From: Octopus sinensis
Lineage: Eukaryota
Length of the DNA: 64,000 bases
Direction: 5' to 3'
NCBI RefSeq assembly: GCF_006345805.1
Contig: NC_043013.1
Location: 29,078,001-29,142,000, forward strand
The position numbers and the translations under genes were made by a program. Within the stretch, counting starts at the first letter, position 1, and the number at the start of each line of letters is the position of its first letter. The notes below the pieces were generated by a model. It was not told the DNA's origin, made no database searches, and saw only the letters and a program-made list of their open reading frames with translations. Positions 1-14,341 of this stretch are shown here, piece after piece.

Positions 1-185
1 GCATTGTTTTAGCCTTCGAATGACGCCACCCCGCTGGCTAAGCGAGCAGGCCAACAGACGAAAGAGTGGTGAAAGAGTACAGCAGGGCTCACCGCCCCCT
101 GCCGGAGCCTCATGGAGCTTTTAGGTGTTTTCGCTCAATAAACACTCACAACGCCCGGTCTGGGAATCGAAACCGCGATCCTACG
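1..185 (-). mobile_element. tRNA-Arg-like SINE (octopus OR-type), partial
   Basis: Near-identical to the body of the full copy at 20845-21155. Confidence 0.8.
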
Positions 186-691
186 ATATAAGATTAATAT
201 AAAGTGCTTGCACACACTAGGAAAAAAAACTTCTTCCAAAAGAGTTAGTAACATGATAAAAGATTTTATAACTTTTTAAAAAAATAATTTACAAAAAATC
301 CTTTTTATGCTTAAAAATTCTATCAAGTATTTTTCACAAAGACTTTTAAATATATATATATATATATACATATATATATGATGCCATCTTTTTCTAATTT
401 GCACTCTAAGCAAAAATAGTTTGGAGAACACTGAAATATACACACTTTTCTTGAGTTATGATAGATTTTGGTAAATTGTTAGAAAAATTTGGTAAAATTG
501 AAAAGAAAAACAAAACGTATTTCAAGTTGGTAAACTGACGATATTTGACACTGTATGACAAATACATATTTGTCTTTGAGTTTCTTTCTGTGAAAGTCTC
601 TATTGGCCTCGTTCCTTCACACACATTCTCCCTCTCTCACACACACTTGCACGCACACACACACACACACACTTACTCTTTCACACACACG

Positions 692-722
<31 letters not shown>

Positions 723-804
723 ACACACACTCACGCGTGCATACACAAGCATACTCATGCTTACACATACCCCCCCCTTTCATGCATACAAATGCTTACA
801 CATG

Positions 805-857
<53 letters not shown>

Positions 858-1055
858 ACATACACACACACATGTGCAAGTGCAAACAAAAGAATGTGGC
901 ACACTACATATTTGGATGGAGTTATAATATTTAATATTGACTGAACTCTCTATGTCTTAAAGTTTCATAGGCTCTTCTCTAGGTGTCTGGTGAAAAAGGT
1001 TCATTCTACAAATGGGCAAAACCTTAAGTTGTATGGAGTTGAGTCAAACACACAA

Positions 1056-1270
1056 AGGTGGTGAGCTGGCAGAATCATGAACACGCTGGTCAAAATGCTT
1101 AGTGGCACTTTGTCCGTTTCTATGCTTTGAGTTCAAATTCTACTGGGGTTGACTTTGCCATTCATCGTTTTGGGGTTGATAAATTAAATACCAGTGAAAC
1201 ACTGGGATCAATGTTATTGACTTACCCTTTATCATGAAACTGCCAGCCTTGTACCAGAATATGAAGTAAA
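1056..1270 (+). mobile_element. Abundant SINE (AAGGCGGTGAGCTGGCAGAA head; central CCTTTCATCCTTTCGGGGTCGATAAA-TAAGTACC block, Meta/Sauria-like domain)
   Basis: More than 30 related copies in the window, e.g. 3778, 4483, 5248, 5503, 28487, 51505, 54915, 56729, 56972 (+) and 4730, 4880, 46483, 51258, 63455, 63685 (-). Confidence 0.8.
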
Positions 1271-1292
1271 AGTGTTCATATACATGAATGTA

Positions 1293-1348
<56 letters not shown>

Positions 1349-1351
<3 letters not shown>

Positions 1352-1572
1352 GGTGTGGCAGAAGTAATACCCTTTTGTATTGAATCATGTTGTTTTGGTG
1401 AAACAATACTTATTAAATTTCCGAAAACTTCTGCGATTCTTTTTCATTAGTTTATTATTCATTTCTTTAAGTAATGCAATAAATTTGTGTTCAATAAAAA
1501 ATTACTTAATAAACATTTATATACTATAAAAGTTATTAAATGCAAAAAAAGTGTTACTTCTGCTGCACCCTG
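1349..1572. mobile_element. Tc1/mariner-type MITE
   Basis: TIRs CAGGGTGTGGCAGAAGTAATAC / GTGTTACTTCTGCTGCACCCTG, flanked by TA inside (TA)n. Confidence 0.8.
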
Positions 1573-1610
1573 TATATATATATATATATATTATATATAT
1601 ATGTATATAT

Positions 1611-1691
<81 letters not shown>

Positions 1692-1737
1692 ACATACATA
1701 CATACATATATATGTATGTATATATATATAAACATAC

Positions 1738-1792
<55 letters not shown>

Positions 1793-2601
1793 CATACATA
1801 CATACATATATATAGACATACATACATACACACATATATATATATATGTATGTATGTGCATGTATACATGAGTAACATATATAAGCATGCAGTACACATG
1901 CAAATATGTTTGCAGTTGTTGTCTTTGAATGTTTTTTTTTGTTTTGTTATAAACATCGCCATATTTGGCATGTTTTTTTTTTTTATTTTAATTTTTATTG
2001 TTGTTGTAAATAAGCTCAAACAGAGGTGGAAAATAAAGACAAAAATTAATTAGTTGTCAACTGCATATAATTAATTAACCTCTCATTATCATTGTTGGCT
2101 GTTTGTGTTGAGAAAGCTGCCTGGTTGTTGGCTGTATCAAGCCATCTATCTCTTTGTTATTGATCAATCTGTCAAACGTCATGGGTCTAGAAGTATGTTC
2201 CGAAGCTGTTAATGATGGGAACGGTTTTGGTTCTGTGCTGAATCCTATTCAGCTCATTCAGTCTTCTAAATGATCCTTGTGTGAAGACATGAATGAACAC
2301 CACAGTTTCTTGTTTATCTTGATTTTTCTCACTCCCACCTCTGCAAAACTCATCTCATTTAAAAAAAAATTTTTTTGGCTTTGCATCCATTCAGCTTAGT
2401 CTGTTAATTACAGTTTGTGCATTGTCTAATTCATTTCATGTAGTATGGTTGAAACCAGGTGTATATATATACACAAACATTCATGTATGAATATACATAG
2501 ATACATGCACATCTGTATAGCTACATTACACATCAAGATACCTGTACACACATCTATCTATCTATCTGTTTGTCTGTCTCTCTGTCTATCTATCTAATCT
2601 A

Positions 2602-2648
<47 letters not shown>

Positions 2649-2996
2649 ATCTATCTATCTATCTATTCATCAACACACACACACATACACATACACACAC
2701 ACACACATGAAATTTATAATTATACTCTCTCTTTCTCTCTCTCTCACTTACACATACACACACTCTCTTTCTCTCTCACACACACAAAAGCACTCTCACA
2801 CACACACACAAAAGCACTCTCACACACACACACACACACACATGCACACACATACACATGCTCTTTCTCTCACACACACACTCTCTCTCACACACACAAT
2901 CTCTCTCTCACACACACACACATGAAATCTATAATTATACTCTATTTCTCTCTCTCTCTCTCTCATACACACACATGAAATCTATAATTACACTCT

Positions 2997-3034
<38 letters not shown>

Positions 3035-3035
3035 C

Positions 3036-3075
<40 letters not shown>

Positions 3076-4003
3076 TTCACATTCCATTGTAGCCTGAGGA
3101 GATTATATTAACACTCTTTCCGTCCCGTTTCAGTGTCTGTGATCTTTCTTGTTACAAAGCGTTCACTCACCAATTAGTCAAGATGAGGAGATGCAGAATG
3201 TCTAAGTTGATACAGAAATACAAGAACTTAGATGCAGGCTCATGAGTCCCAAGCTCAAATTAACCCTGGCTACTGTATTGTAGTCTGCTTAATCATGTTT
3301 CCTTTAGTTTACCTGTCTGTCAGAAGAGGAAGTATGACCAGGTTTCTTGTGGCCCTTATTTACTTGTGATAGGCCAGTATATTGCTCAAAGAGCTATTTT
3401 ACTCTTGTCTTGCTGTGTAGTATCAGAAAAATTGTGGTTCCTTTATTTTTGGAAAAATCGAAGTACAGTTAAAATTCTGTCTTTGAATTTCAGGTGTTTT
3501 GTTTAGAACTTGCTGAGATCTTAGATTTCTATGTAATGAATTTCCTTCTGAAATGTTCCTTTTGTAAGAAACTAGTTTGGAATAAAAAGAGATTTTCAAA
3601 ATGGAATAAATTATTTTTCTGTGATGCAGTTAAAGAAGTATATTGTTTTAAGTATAATGGAACAACGGAACACTTTGCTGGAGGATTCTGCCCAAAATGT
3701 GACACTTCTCTTCTTCCTTACATCAAGGTCATTTATAATGCTTTGATAATTTTAGGTATTTAATATTAACAGACTTTAAGGTGGTGAGCTGGCAGAATTG
3801 TTACCATGTCAGGCAAAATGCTCAATGGCATTTCAACTCTGTGTTTTGGGTTCAAATTCCACCAAGGTCGATTTTACTTTTTATCCTTTTAAGTGTTGAT
3901 GAAATAAGTACCAGCTGACCACTGAGGTTAATGTAATTGACTTACTCACTTCCTTGAAATTCCTGGCCTTGTGCCAAAATTTGAAAACATTTGCAAATTT
4001 CAA

Positions 4004-4225
4004 CCCTTTTCTTACTGTATTTATTTTGAGATGCTCTGTGTTTCTGTCAATTAATTTTAAATATAACAAAGAATTAAGTAAAATAACTTAGTTATCATTA
4101 AGCTAGTGTTAAGAACATTAATTGTGACCAAGGTTTGGTGGAAGATTTTAATTCAAAACTTATGAAAACAAGACTTTTGTACTACAGAGCCAAAAGTAGT
4201 TTCAGCTGGGTTGGTATTGAAACGG
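4004..4225. mobile_element. piggyBac-type MITE, copy 1
   Basis: Homologous to the adjacent copy 2; degenerate CCCTTT..AAACGG-TTAA ends. Confidence 0.65.
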
Positions 4226-4256
4226 TTAAGAACTGTTTCTGTATTATATATTTTAA

Positions 4257-4479
4257 CCCTTTTGTTACCATATTTCTGTTGAGATGCTCTGTATTTCTTT
4301 CAATTAATTTTAAATATAACAAAGAATTTAGTAAAATAACTTAATTATCATTAAGCTAGTGTTAGGAACATAGATTGCAAACTAAGGTTTGGAGGGAGAT
4401 TTTAATTCAAAACTTTTGAAAACAAGATAATTGTACTACAGAGCCTGAGGTGGTTTCTGTCGGGTTGGTATCAAAAGGG
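4257..4479. mobile_element. piggyBac-type MITE, copy 2
   Basis: TTAA-CCCTTTTG ... CAAAAGGG-TTAA; TTAA TSD at 4253-4256 and 4480-4483. Confidence 0.8.
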
Positions 4480-6509
4480 TTAAGGCAGTGAGTTGGCAGA
4501 ATTGTTAACACACCAGGTAAAATCTGATTTGAAATTTTGCTGCAGTTGACTTTGCTTTTCATCCTTTCAGCTGAGCACTGGGGTCAATGCTATTGATATA
4601 CATTCTCCTTTGAAATTGCTGGCCTTGTGCCAAAATTTGAAACCATATTTACAAACTTTTAGTAGTTTCCTTTCTGTTATTGTTTTACTTTTATTTTCAT
4701 AAATGAAAGGAAAAAAAATCTAGGTTAATATCTTTTCAACTCTAGGCAAAAGGCCTGAAATTTTTGGAGAGGGGGGCCAGCTGATTAGTATGACCCCAGT
4801 ACACAACTGGTACTTAATTTATCAACCCCGAAAGGATGAAAGGCAGAGTCAACCTTGGCGGAATCTAATCTAGGTTAATATGTTTTCTACTTTAGGCACA
4901 AGGCCCAAAAGTTTTAGGGGTGGGGTAGTAGTCAATTAGATTGACCCAAGTACACAACTGGTACTTAATTTATCAACCCTGGAAAGATGAAAGGCAAAGT
5001 TGAGTTCGATGGAATTTAATCTAGGTTAATATCACTGTAGCAATGGTGTAAGTACTTTGAGAAGACGTGAAAGCAAAATTATGTAAACTCATGAAGCTCT
5101 TTTTTTCTGTTTATAGTGTTTACAATGGAGAACTGTATGATTGCAACTAGGTAGACTGTGCCAATTGGAATTAAATGTTGTTTTGTTAATTCAGTTAACA
5201 CTGGTGAGGAAAAGATACGAACCATTAACCTTTCAGGCAAGCTGAGAAAAGGCAGCGAGCTGGCAGTAACCTCAGCACGCCGGGCGAAATGCTTAGCAGT
5301 ATTTCTTCTGCTGTTATGTTCTGAGTTCAAATTCTGCCAAGGTCGACTTTGCCTTTCATCCTTTCGGGGTCGATAAATCAAGTACCAGTTACGCACTGGG
5401 GTCAATGTAATCGACTTAATCCCTTTGTCCTTGTCTGCATCAACAGTTTGCATATTATCTAATTAAGTTTCATGCTGCTAATTATTTGAGATATTTTTCT
5501 TTAAGGTAGTGAGATGGCAGAATCATTAACATGCTGGACAAACTGTTTAGTGGCATTTTGTCTGTCCTTACCTTCTGAGTTCAAATTCCACTGTGGTCGA
5601 TTTTCCTTTTCTTCCTTTTAGGGTCAATAGAACAAACACTACTTGAGCATTGGTGTCAGTGTAACTGACCAGCCCCTCCCCACAAATTTCAAGCTTTTTA
5701 CCTATAGCAGAAAGGAATTATTAAAACATTTTTTTGCTTTTATCTTCTATGTAATTAATTGTTTTATTTGTTTTGTTTTGTGTTGTTTTAGTGTTGAATT
5801 TACCTTGGTTAAATTGATGTTTGTTTTTTTTGTTGTTTCCTTTAGTTTTGTTTTGTTGTCTGTGATGAATGAATTCTGTCCAGGGAAAAACAGTCTGTGA
5901 TCACACGATATTCAGATAATTTTGTGATATATTACACATTTAAGGAGGTTTTTTTTATTGTATGGTTCAACTAGATGGACCCCCCCATCACTCTGTCTCT
6001 GTCTCTGTCTCTGTCTCAGTCTCACACATATACACACACTCAAGGTTTTGTTCATGCCCCAAATAAATTGAGAGATAGGTAGATAGAGAGAGAGAGAGAG
6101 AGAGTGAAATTTCTGTTTTACCCATCTGGTGTGTAATTTATAGATACAGGAAAGCTTGGAGGGAGCAGACGTCTGCAATGAATGTGATGGAAACCCCCAA
6201 AAACCCCTCCTATCTTATTAGTATTACCACTGCCACCACCACCACACTACTATTGATGATAATAAATTGAATTAGAAAAAAGACTAATTTTTTTTTTGTT
6301 TGGAATTGCATGCATTTCAATCGAGTCTGTTGAAAGAAATTTGTTTTGTAAGTCATATGAATTGTTATAATATACCGATACCCTCCACCCCCCTATTATT
6401 TATTTATGAAGTGGAATAAAATGATGTTCTGATGGTCAAAATGATGAATAGTTGCACATGTTTCTGAGTGTTTTATTATTGTTGTAGGGATTACAAGAAA
6501 GTGTGTGTG

Positions 6510-6562
<53 letters not shown>

Positions 6563-7009
6563 TATATATATATGCGTGTGTGTGTGTGTGTGTGATAGAG
6601 AACTCTTGTATCTCTGTATATGGAAATAGTAGAGTTAATGAAAAATAAACCACCAACATATCATAATTCTTGCTTTGTTTAAACCCTTGTAATGGACTGA
6701 CTGGCAGACAAATAGAGGTGTTAATAAAGATTGTTTTTCTCTTTCATTTTTTTTTTCTTCCTTTTTTTGGGATCTTTGAATGAAAATAAACAGGTTGTCT
6801 TTTGACTGTGAAGAGCATTTTTACATTAAAGCAAAATCTGATATTTATTCATTCATTAAACTATTTTGTGGTGCACATGATCCGACATACCTTGTGTCAT
6901 TAAATTCTTAGCTCAGTGTGTTTTATGGAGTTTATTTTTAGCTCATTCCCTAACCATCTTGTTCTTTATTTGAAAATCACCGCCATACATACATGGTTAG
7001 TTCACATTA

Positions 7010-7243
7010 CTCCATAAGGAACACAAGACTGGTTTCCCTGGTTTCTTTGGCATATATATTCCTCCCTGGATAGGACGCTAGCCCATCACAGGCTGACTCA
7101 TTTTTACCAGTTGAGTAGAGTAGAGTCACATGAAATGAAATGTTTTGCTCAAGAACATAATGCATTGCCCAGTCCAGGAATTGAAACTACTGTCTTACGA
7201 TCATGAATCCAACATCCTGACCACTAAGCCATGTACCTCCACC
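7010..7243 (-). mobile_element. tRNA-derived SINE with V-domain-like block
   Basis: Reverse complement of the family at 50388-50640; further partial copies near 25250-25365 and 51100-51250. Confidence 0.65.
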
Positions 7244-7534
7244 CCTCCATGTATACATAGATATGTTGAATTGAACATTGCATGACTACTTCTAGTAGGG
7301 AAGTATACCACTGCATGTGACGTACTTAAAGCTGGGTGAATCCGGCCATGGCTAGGCATCCACTGCCAGTGCTAAGATCTGAACTGCTGATCCTCTGATT
7401 TATTATCCATATCAGTATCTGTAATTCTATATTGTTTTAATTTTATAGAATACATTTTCTGCATGATCTATTTATTATTTTTTTTATTCAATTCAAATAT
7501 TTCAATCAAGATTCAGTATTATGGCAAATGTCAG

Positions 7535-7571
<37 letters not shown>

Positions 7572-7882
7572 AGGGAGGAAATAGTGATTGAATTTCTGAT
7601 GTAATTTTGACCCATGACTGCAATCATTTCCCATCACATATATCATTTTGTAACTAAGACTATTTTTGAAACAAATTTTCATCTCCCCTAAAACCAAAGG
7701 AGCATGGACATATTTAAAAGAAACCAACAGAATTTCTAACATTCCATTCTAAGTTTTCTAAAAAAAAAAAAAGTTATAGATTATAAACCAACCATACAAA
7801 CAAGACCTCTCCTTCTCCGCATCCGGTGTGATTCTGGGCAAATATATAAAAACACTATGCTCATTATTAGATTAGAAACACT

Positions 7883-8320
7883 GGTACCCTTTATATAGAT
7901 CTCTTTAAAGTTTTATTTTTTTCTCTTTTTGTTCAACATATATTCAGCTCTGATTGAGCAGAACTATAATTAAGGGCTTTCCAGCCATGACCACACAATT
8001 TTCTTTTTTTTTTTTTTACAAGATATATTATGTTGATTCCACTACCATATGTGTTCCCACGTTTTTCTTTTTAAAGATGGCAGGGTGTGGTTTGAGGGAG
8101 ATTTGACTGCTATGTTTAGCAAATCTAGGGACAATGTAAAGGCCCCCTTATCCTTCATCGACTTTTGTTGAGTGTTCACAGTTTTGACAAACAGTCATAC
8201 ATTCATGGAGCGTTTCAATGTAGGAACATCTCACTGATGTTACATTCTGCATCTGGGTTCTTTAGTATCAACAGATAAATAAAAAAAAAAGGGGATTATC
8301 GGTGTAAATGGTTACATTTC
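7883..8320 (+). repeat. ~440 bp local duplication, copy 1
   Basis: Near-identical to 9744-10191. Confidence 0.9.
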
Positions 8321-8365
8321 TCTCACTCTGCCACTCTTCAATTTTAGAATTCTAAGCCTAAAATT

Positions 8366-8680
8366 GTGGAGGCACATGGCCTAGTGGTTAGACCAGTGGA
8401 CTTGCGGTCGAGGGATCATGGGTTCGAATCTCAGACCAGGTAATGTGTGTGTTTATGAGCGAAACACCTAAGCTCCCTGTGGCTCTGGCAGAAGGTAATA
8501 GTGAACTTCTGCTGATCTCTTTCACCACAACTTTCTTTCTCTCTTTCCTCCTGCATCTAGCAGCTCACCTGCAACAGACTTGCATCCTGTCGAGGTGGGG
8601 AACCTGTACGCCAATGAAACTGGGAAACTGGCCCTCATAAACCAAGACTAGCTTGAGGAGGAACAAACAACAGCAACAAG
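8366..8680 (+). mobile_element. tRNA-Arg-like SINE head with V-domain-like tail ending in (CAA)n
   Basis: GTGGAGGCACATGGCCTAGTGGTTAG..GGTTCGAATCTC (A/B boxes); tail differs from the 20845 copy. Confidence 0.7.
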
Positions 8681-9743
8681 TCTAAAATTTCTGTGTGTGG
8701 ATGGGACAATTGGCTAAGGTCCACTGGGTCCTAGATTGTGGTGTGTGCCCATAGCAAGCATTTTATTACGATTTTAACCAAAGGCTCTTAATTGTATTTA
8801 TCCAAATAGGTAAACTCCCAGGCCTCGTTAGAAAAATATATTATCCTAATGTTTTATCCAGGAATAATAATGATAATAATTATAATGATTCATTTTTAGG
8901 CTGCTTCAGGCAACCAAGTAATTGTTAATCCCTAAAGTAACTAAGTTTTAACCATTATCAATTATAATTAGATACTTGACAAACTTTGATTTTAGTCTGG
9001 AATTGTATATTGAGACAAAATATTTGTGTGTGTGTGTGTGTGTTTTGCTGTGTCAAAAATTTTACGAACTCTGGTAATGTTGATTAATAACATTTTTTTT
9101 CATTTCTATGTTTTTTTGTTTTAAAGATATTTTATATCAGTTGTTTGAAACAATCCTGTAATTTTATTTATTGATCTCTGCAGCAACCGTGTAGGTTAGA
9201 AACAACTCTTTATTCTGTTGTAATTAATATTTTGCCTACGTTTAACATTCTTTTTTTCTTTCTCCTGTTTGTTTCCCAAGTCGCAGATTCCTTACCAACT
9301 TCTTTATCGGCATTTAGACCTCCCCCACATCCATTCACACCTGTGGTTTGGAGTGACCTCCCTTTAACTGCTCAGCCTTTCTTAATAGAGTGGTCTCCCT
9401 TGAATTATTTTTTCCTCTGCTGTCTTAACAGACTTAAAGATAATTTTTCTTTCAATTTTTAAATTTTTACACAGCTGTTTACACAGCTGTTTACTTTTTA
9501 AAGATATTTTCTCTATCCTTTCTGTGTTCTGTAAGAATGAATTAATATTTTTTACCAACCCACTCTGAAATGTTTAAAAAATATTTCTTAATTTCAAAAT
9601 AACTCTATCATAATCTCTTAGACAAATTTTCAATTTTATGATTTCTTTATTGTCAATCATATATTATTATCATCTTATGATGTCTTTTACCAATTCTTAT
9701 ATGATTAGTCTGTGAAATAGCATCAAAATTCACTAGAAATACC

Positions 9744-10191
9744 GGTACCATTTATATAGATCTCAAAATTTTATCGTTTCTTTTCTAAGTTGTTCAATGT
9801 ATATTCAGCTCTGATTGAGCAGAACTATAATTAAGGGCTTTCCAGCCATGACCAACACATAATTTTCTTTTCTTTTTTTTTTTTTACAAGATATATTGTT
9901 ATGTTGATTCCACTACCATATGTGTTCCCACGGTTTTTTTTAAAGATGGCAGGGTGTGGTTTGAGGGAGATTTGACTGCTATGTTTAGCAAATCTAGGGA
10001 CAGTGTAAAGGACCCCTTATCCCTCATCAACTTTTGTTGAGTGTTCACAGTTTTGATAAACAGTCATACATTCATTGAGCGTTTCAATGTAGGAACATCT
10101 CACTGATGTTAAATTCTGCATCTGGGTTCTTTAGTATCAACAGATAAAAAAAAAAAAAAAATGGGACTATCGGTGTAAATGGTTACATTTC
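9744..10191 (+). repeat. ~440 bp local duplication, copy 2
   Basis: Near-identical to 7883-8320. Confidence 0.9.
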
Positions 10192-10539
10192 AGTAACTAA
10201 GAGAAGCCACCCCCCACTCTCCCTCCCTCCCCTCTGTCCTCTTTTACAAAGCTGCCAGATTGATGAGATTGCAGTATTTTCTATCTCTCACCCCCGCCCA
10301 CTTCATTCTCTTCCTCATATCGCTTAATCACTCCCTTCCTCTTCATGCTCCAAAGATTTAAAAAAATCTGATTCAGAAAAATGAAATATTTTCATTTGCT
10401 GTTATTTGTTATTAGTTTCCCACCTTTTACTTGTCTTCATTGTAGCAAATAAAGAATCCCCCACTGTCCCCCTCCTCTTCCTCCTCCTCCCTCCTCCTCC
10501 TCCTCCTTCTCCACCTCACCATCATCATCATCATCATCA

Positions 10540-10752
10540 TCAGATTAGAATGAGAGTTTGTGATATTATTCCTGGCTATTTATGTCCTGAGTTCAAATCA
10601 TGCTAATGTCTTTGCCTTTCATCCCTCCAGTGTCAATAAAAGAAAGGACCAGGATTGATGGTGTTAACTGACTTCCTCACCTCTAAATTGCTGGCCTTGT
10701 ATCTAAGTTAGAAACTATTATTATTATATTATTATTATTATTATTATTATTA

Positions 10753-10788
<36 letters not shown>

Positions 10789-12040
10789 CTCTTTATCACA
10801 GGTTTTGTTGGAGCTCCTCGAGTCTTGCATGTGTAGTGGGCTTGCTACCTGCAGCCTACAGTACCATGCTGTTCTACTGGGCACTCTATTCCAATTTCTT
10901 TATATTCCTCTTGATGCCTTCTGATACTGTTAGCATCATCATCATCATCATCATCATCATCATTAAGGTAGCAAGCTGGCAGAATCATTAGTGTGCCAGG
11001 CGAAATGCTCAGTGGTATTTTTTCCTCTGCTTTGTTCTGAGTTCAAATTTCGCCAGGGTCGACTTTGCCTCTCATCTTTTTGGGGTTGTTAAATTAAGTA
11101 CCAGTTGAGCACCGGGGTTGATGTAATCGACTAGTCCCCCTCCCCCAAATTCCAGGCCTTGTGCCTATAGTAGAAAGGATTATTATTATTATTATTATTT
11201 ATGGTGATAAAGTGTCAAAATTGTTAAATCGTTGAACCATCTTGCAATATTGATTTCATGTTTTTACATCCTAAATTCAAATTCTTTCAGACAAGATGCT
11301 TAATGACACTTCTTCTGGCTTTACAAACTCAATTCAAATTCTGCCAAAGTTTGACTTTGCCTTTCATCCTTTTGGGATTGATAAAATAAGTACCAGTTGA
11401 ACACTGGGGTCAATGTAATTGACAAACTCCTTTCCCTGGAATTTCAGGCCTTGCACCAATAATAGAAAGGCCAAACTGGCAGAATTGGTACAGAATCGGT
11501 AGAGCGCTGGACAAAATGCTGAGTAGCATTTCGTCCATCTTTATGTTTATTAGTTCAATTTCTGCCAAGGTGGACTTTGCCTTTCATCCTTTCAAGTTCA
11601 ATAAAATAAGCATCAGTCAAGTCCTGGGATTGAGGTAATTGAATATGCCCCTCTTCCCAAATTTCAGGCCTTCTTCCTATAGTAGAAAGGATTATTATTA
11701 TTATTATTGTTATCATTATCATCATTATTATCTTTAAGGCGGTGAGCTGGCAGGATTGTTAGCACACTGGGTTGATTACTTAGCAGTATTTTGTTTGGCG
11801 CTATGTTCTGAGTTCAAATTCCGTTGAGGTCGACTTAGTCTTTTATTCTTTTTTGGGTGGGGTGGGGGTGGGGGGTCAATGAATTAAGTACCAGTGAAAT
11901 ACTGGGTCAATGTAATCGACTAGTCCCCCCCCCCACAAAATTTCAGGCCTTCTGCCTGTAGTAGAAAGGATTATTATTATTATCATTATTATTATTATTA
12001 TTATTATTAATATTATTATTATTATTATTATTATTAAATA
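10540..12040 (+). mobile_element. Head-to-tail cluster of about 5 SINE copies with (TTA)n tails
   Basis: Repeated GAGCTGGCAGAA..TTCAAATT..CCTTTCATCC..AGTAGAAAGG-(ATT)n units. Confidence 0.8.
10790..10935 (-). mobile_element. Short 3' remnant of a Dong/R4-like LINE in (TAA)n
   Basis: Minus strand reads TVSEGIKRNIKKLE..IECPVE-like text and ends in (TAA)n; assignment is by analogy to the other fragments. Confidence 0.4.
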
Positions 12041-12269
12041 AAGAGAATCCCTATTAATATCATAATTTATATTTTGTTTCAATATATAATTGCGATAGCA
12101 CTATTGAGTTGATACAATGAATAGGTTTCAACTCCCTAATTAAGCTGTTTCACTTCACATACACTCATGAATGCCTCGTTCATTTAGGCTGATATACCCT
12201 TGATGCATATCAAATAAATGGTAAAGTATTCAATGGTTACAAACAATTGTGGGATTATTATTATTATTA

Positions 12270-12317
<48 letters not shown>

Positions 12318-12449
12318 TGTTTCTGTTTCATTCTAATATTTATAGATCTTAATGGACAATTAAGTAAAATATATATTCTGAAGTTTGTTGTAAAGGCCAT
12401 TAATTATTTATACTCTATTTGAGACACTCATACAAGTGTGTGTATATAA

Positions 12450-12757
12450 TTTATGTTTGTATATAAATATGTATGCATTTATATATAATATACACGTTCA
12501 TATATAAATAGGTGTGTATGTGTTTATATACAACATACATGTATAGGTATGTACATATATGTGCATATATATATATATAATATATTATATACATATAAAT
12601 ATGCATATATATATATATACATATAAAATATACTATATATATATATATAAATATACATATATATATATATAATATAAATATACATATAAATATACACACA
12701 TATATATATATATATATCATATAAAAGTAATATATATATATATAAATATACATATAA

Positions 12758-12800
<43 letters not shown>

Positions 12801-13000
12801 ATATATAAATATACATATATATATAAATATACATATAATATATATATATATACACATAAATATACATATAAATATATATATATATATATATATTATATAC
12901 ACATAAATATACATATATAATATATATATATAATATATATATATATAAAGGAGTCCATGAAATATGTATGTATGTGTGTATATTCAATCGTGTGTGTGTG
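12450..13000. repeat. Degenerate (TA)n microsatellite
   Basis: Direct reading. Confidence 0.95.
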
Positions 13001-14303
13001 TATATGTATGTAAATATGCAAATGTGATGAGAGAATATTCCAGAAAATTGTGACTTGAAATAAAAAAAAAAACAAATGAAACGACTTTTAAATATTATAT
13101 TCAATAATTACTATATTTCCTGTGTTATATTCATAATAAATATGTTTATGATTTGCCAGAATATTTATCATGTAACACAGCGACCAATATTCACTGGAGA
13201 ACTGGAATCAAAATTCTTCATTTTTAATCTTTTTAATTTTTAGTCAGTCGTTTGATATTCATAAGACTGGCTTTGTTTTATTATTTTTTTTGTTTTTTAG
13301 ATCACTCATTACCATTTTACAAAAATTAGCAAATTTTTTGCCAGTTTCTAATCTTTGGGAAACTTTTGTCTTCAATTAACTTTTGATCATTGTTTATTTC
13401 ATGATTTATGGAATTTAAAAAAATATTATTTGAATCTTGTCAATGTAAGAAGCGTTTATGGTTCAAATCCACCTGTACACCTGCATTCATAAATAATATA
13501 TGTAAATATAAAATAAATAAAAGAATAGTTACATAATATATGTATAATATCTCACTAGAATTATTACAAATACTTTATTCCTGTCTGTCTTTCTCACTAA
13601 TTATTTCAATTTAATTAAATATTTTTTTCACAGTTTTTCATTTTTTATTTCTAAAAATCAATTTTCAAATAACAGTTGAATTGTGAAAATTTAATAGTTT
13701 TTTTTAAAAAAAAGTCAAGTTCTTGAAATTTAAACATTAAATATGGGAATTGTCATTTTCAAAATACCACACCTAACATTTTAACTTTCACCATGAAATT
13801 GTTATTGAAAAAGAAAAGAAAAAAAAAAAAACTCCTTTACCCCAAATCATGAATAATTGGTATATTTCATTGAATAATTTCTCAAACATAACTTCCATCC
13901 CACCTTTGTATTTTTCTGGCTTTCCTTATCTCTTATTTATTATTATTATTATTTTTTTGTGTTTACTTTTAATCTGCATGTTTGTTATGATCACTTGCTG
14001 AGACACATCCAGAGTCCTAGGCGAGTGAAGGATAAGAGATGTTACAGTATGACTGAAAGCTTGGGGAACTTATTATTATTATTATTATAACAAAGGTGGT
14101 GAGCTGGCAGAATCAGTAGCACGCCAGGCAAAATGCTTAGCGGTATTTCGCTTGTCACTACATTCTGAGTTCAAATTCTGCCAAGGTCAACTTTACCTTT
14201 CATCCTTTCAGGGTCGATAAATTAAGTACCAGTTAAACTTTGGGGTCAGTGTAATCTACTCATCCCCACCTCTCCCAAGCTGCACTTGTGGCAAAAATTT
14301 GAA

Positions 14304-14341
<38 letters not shown>

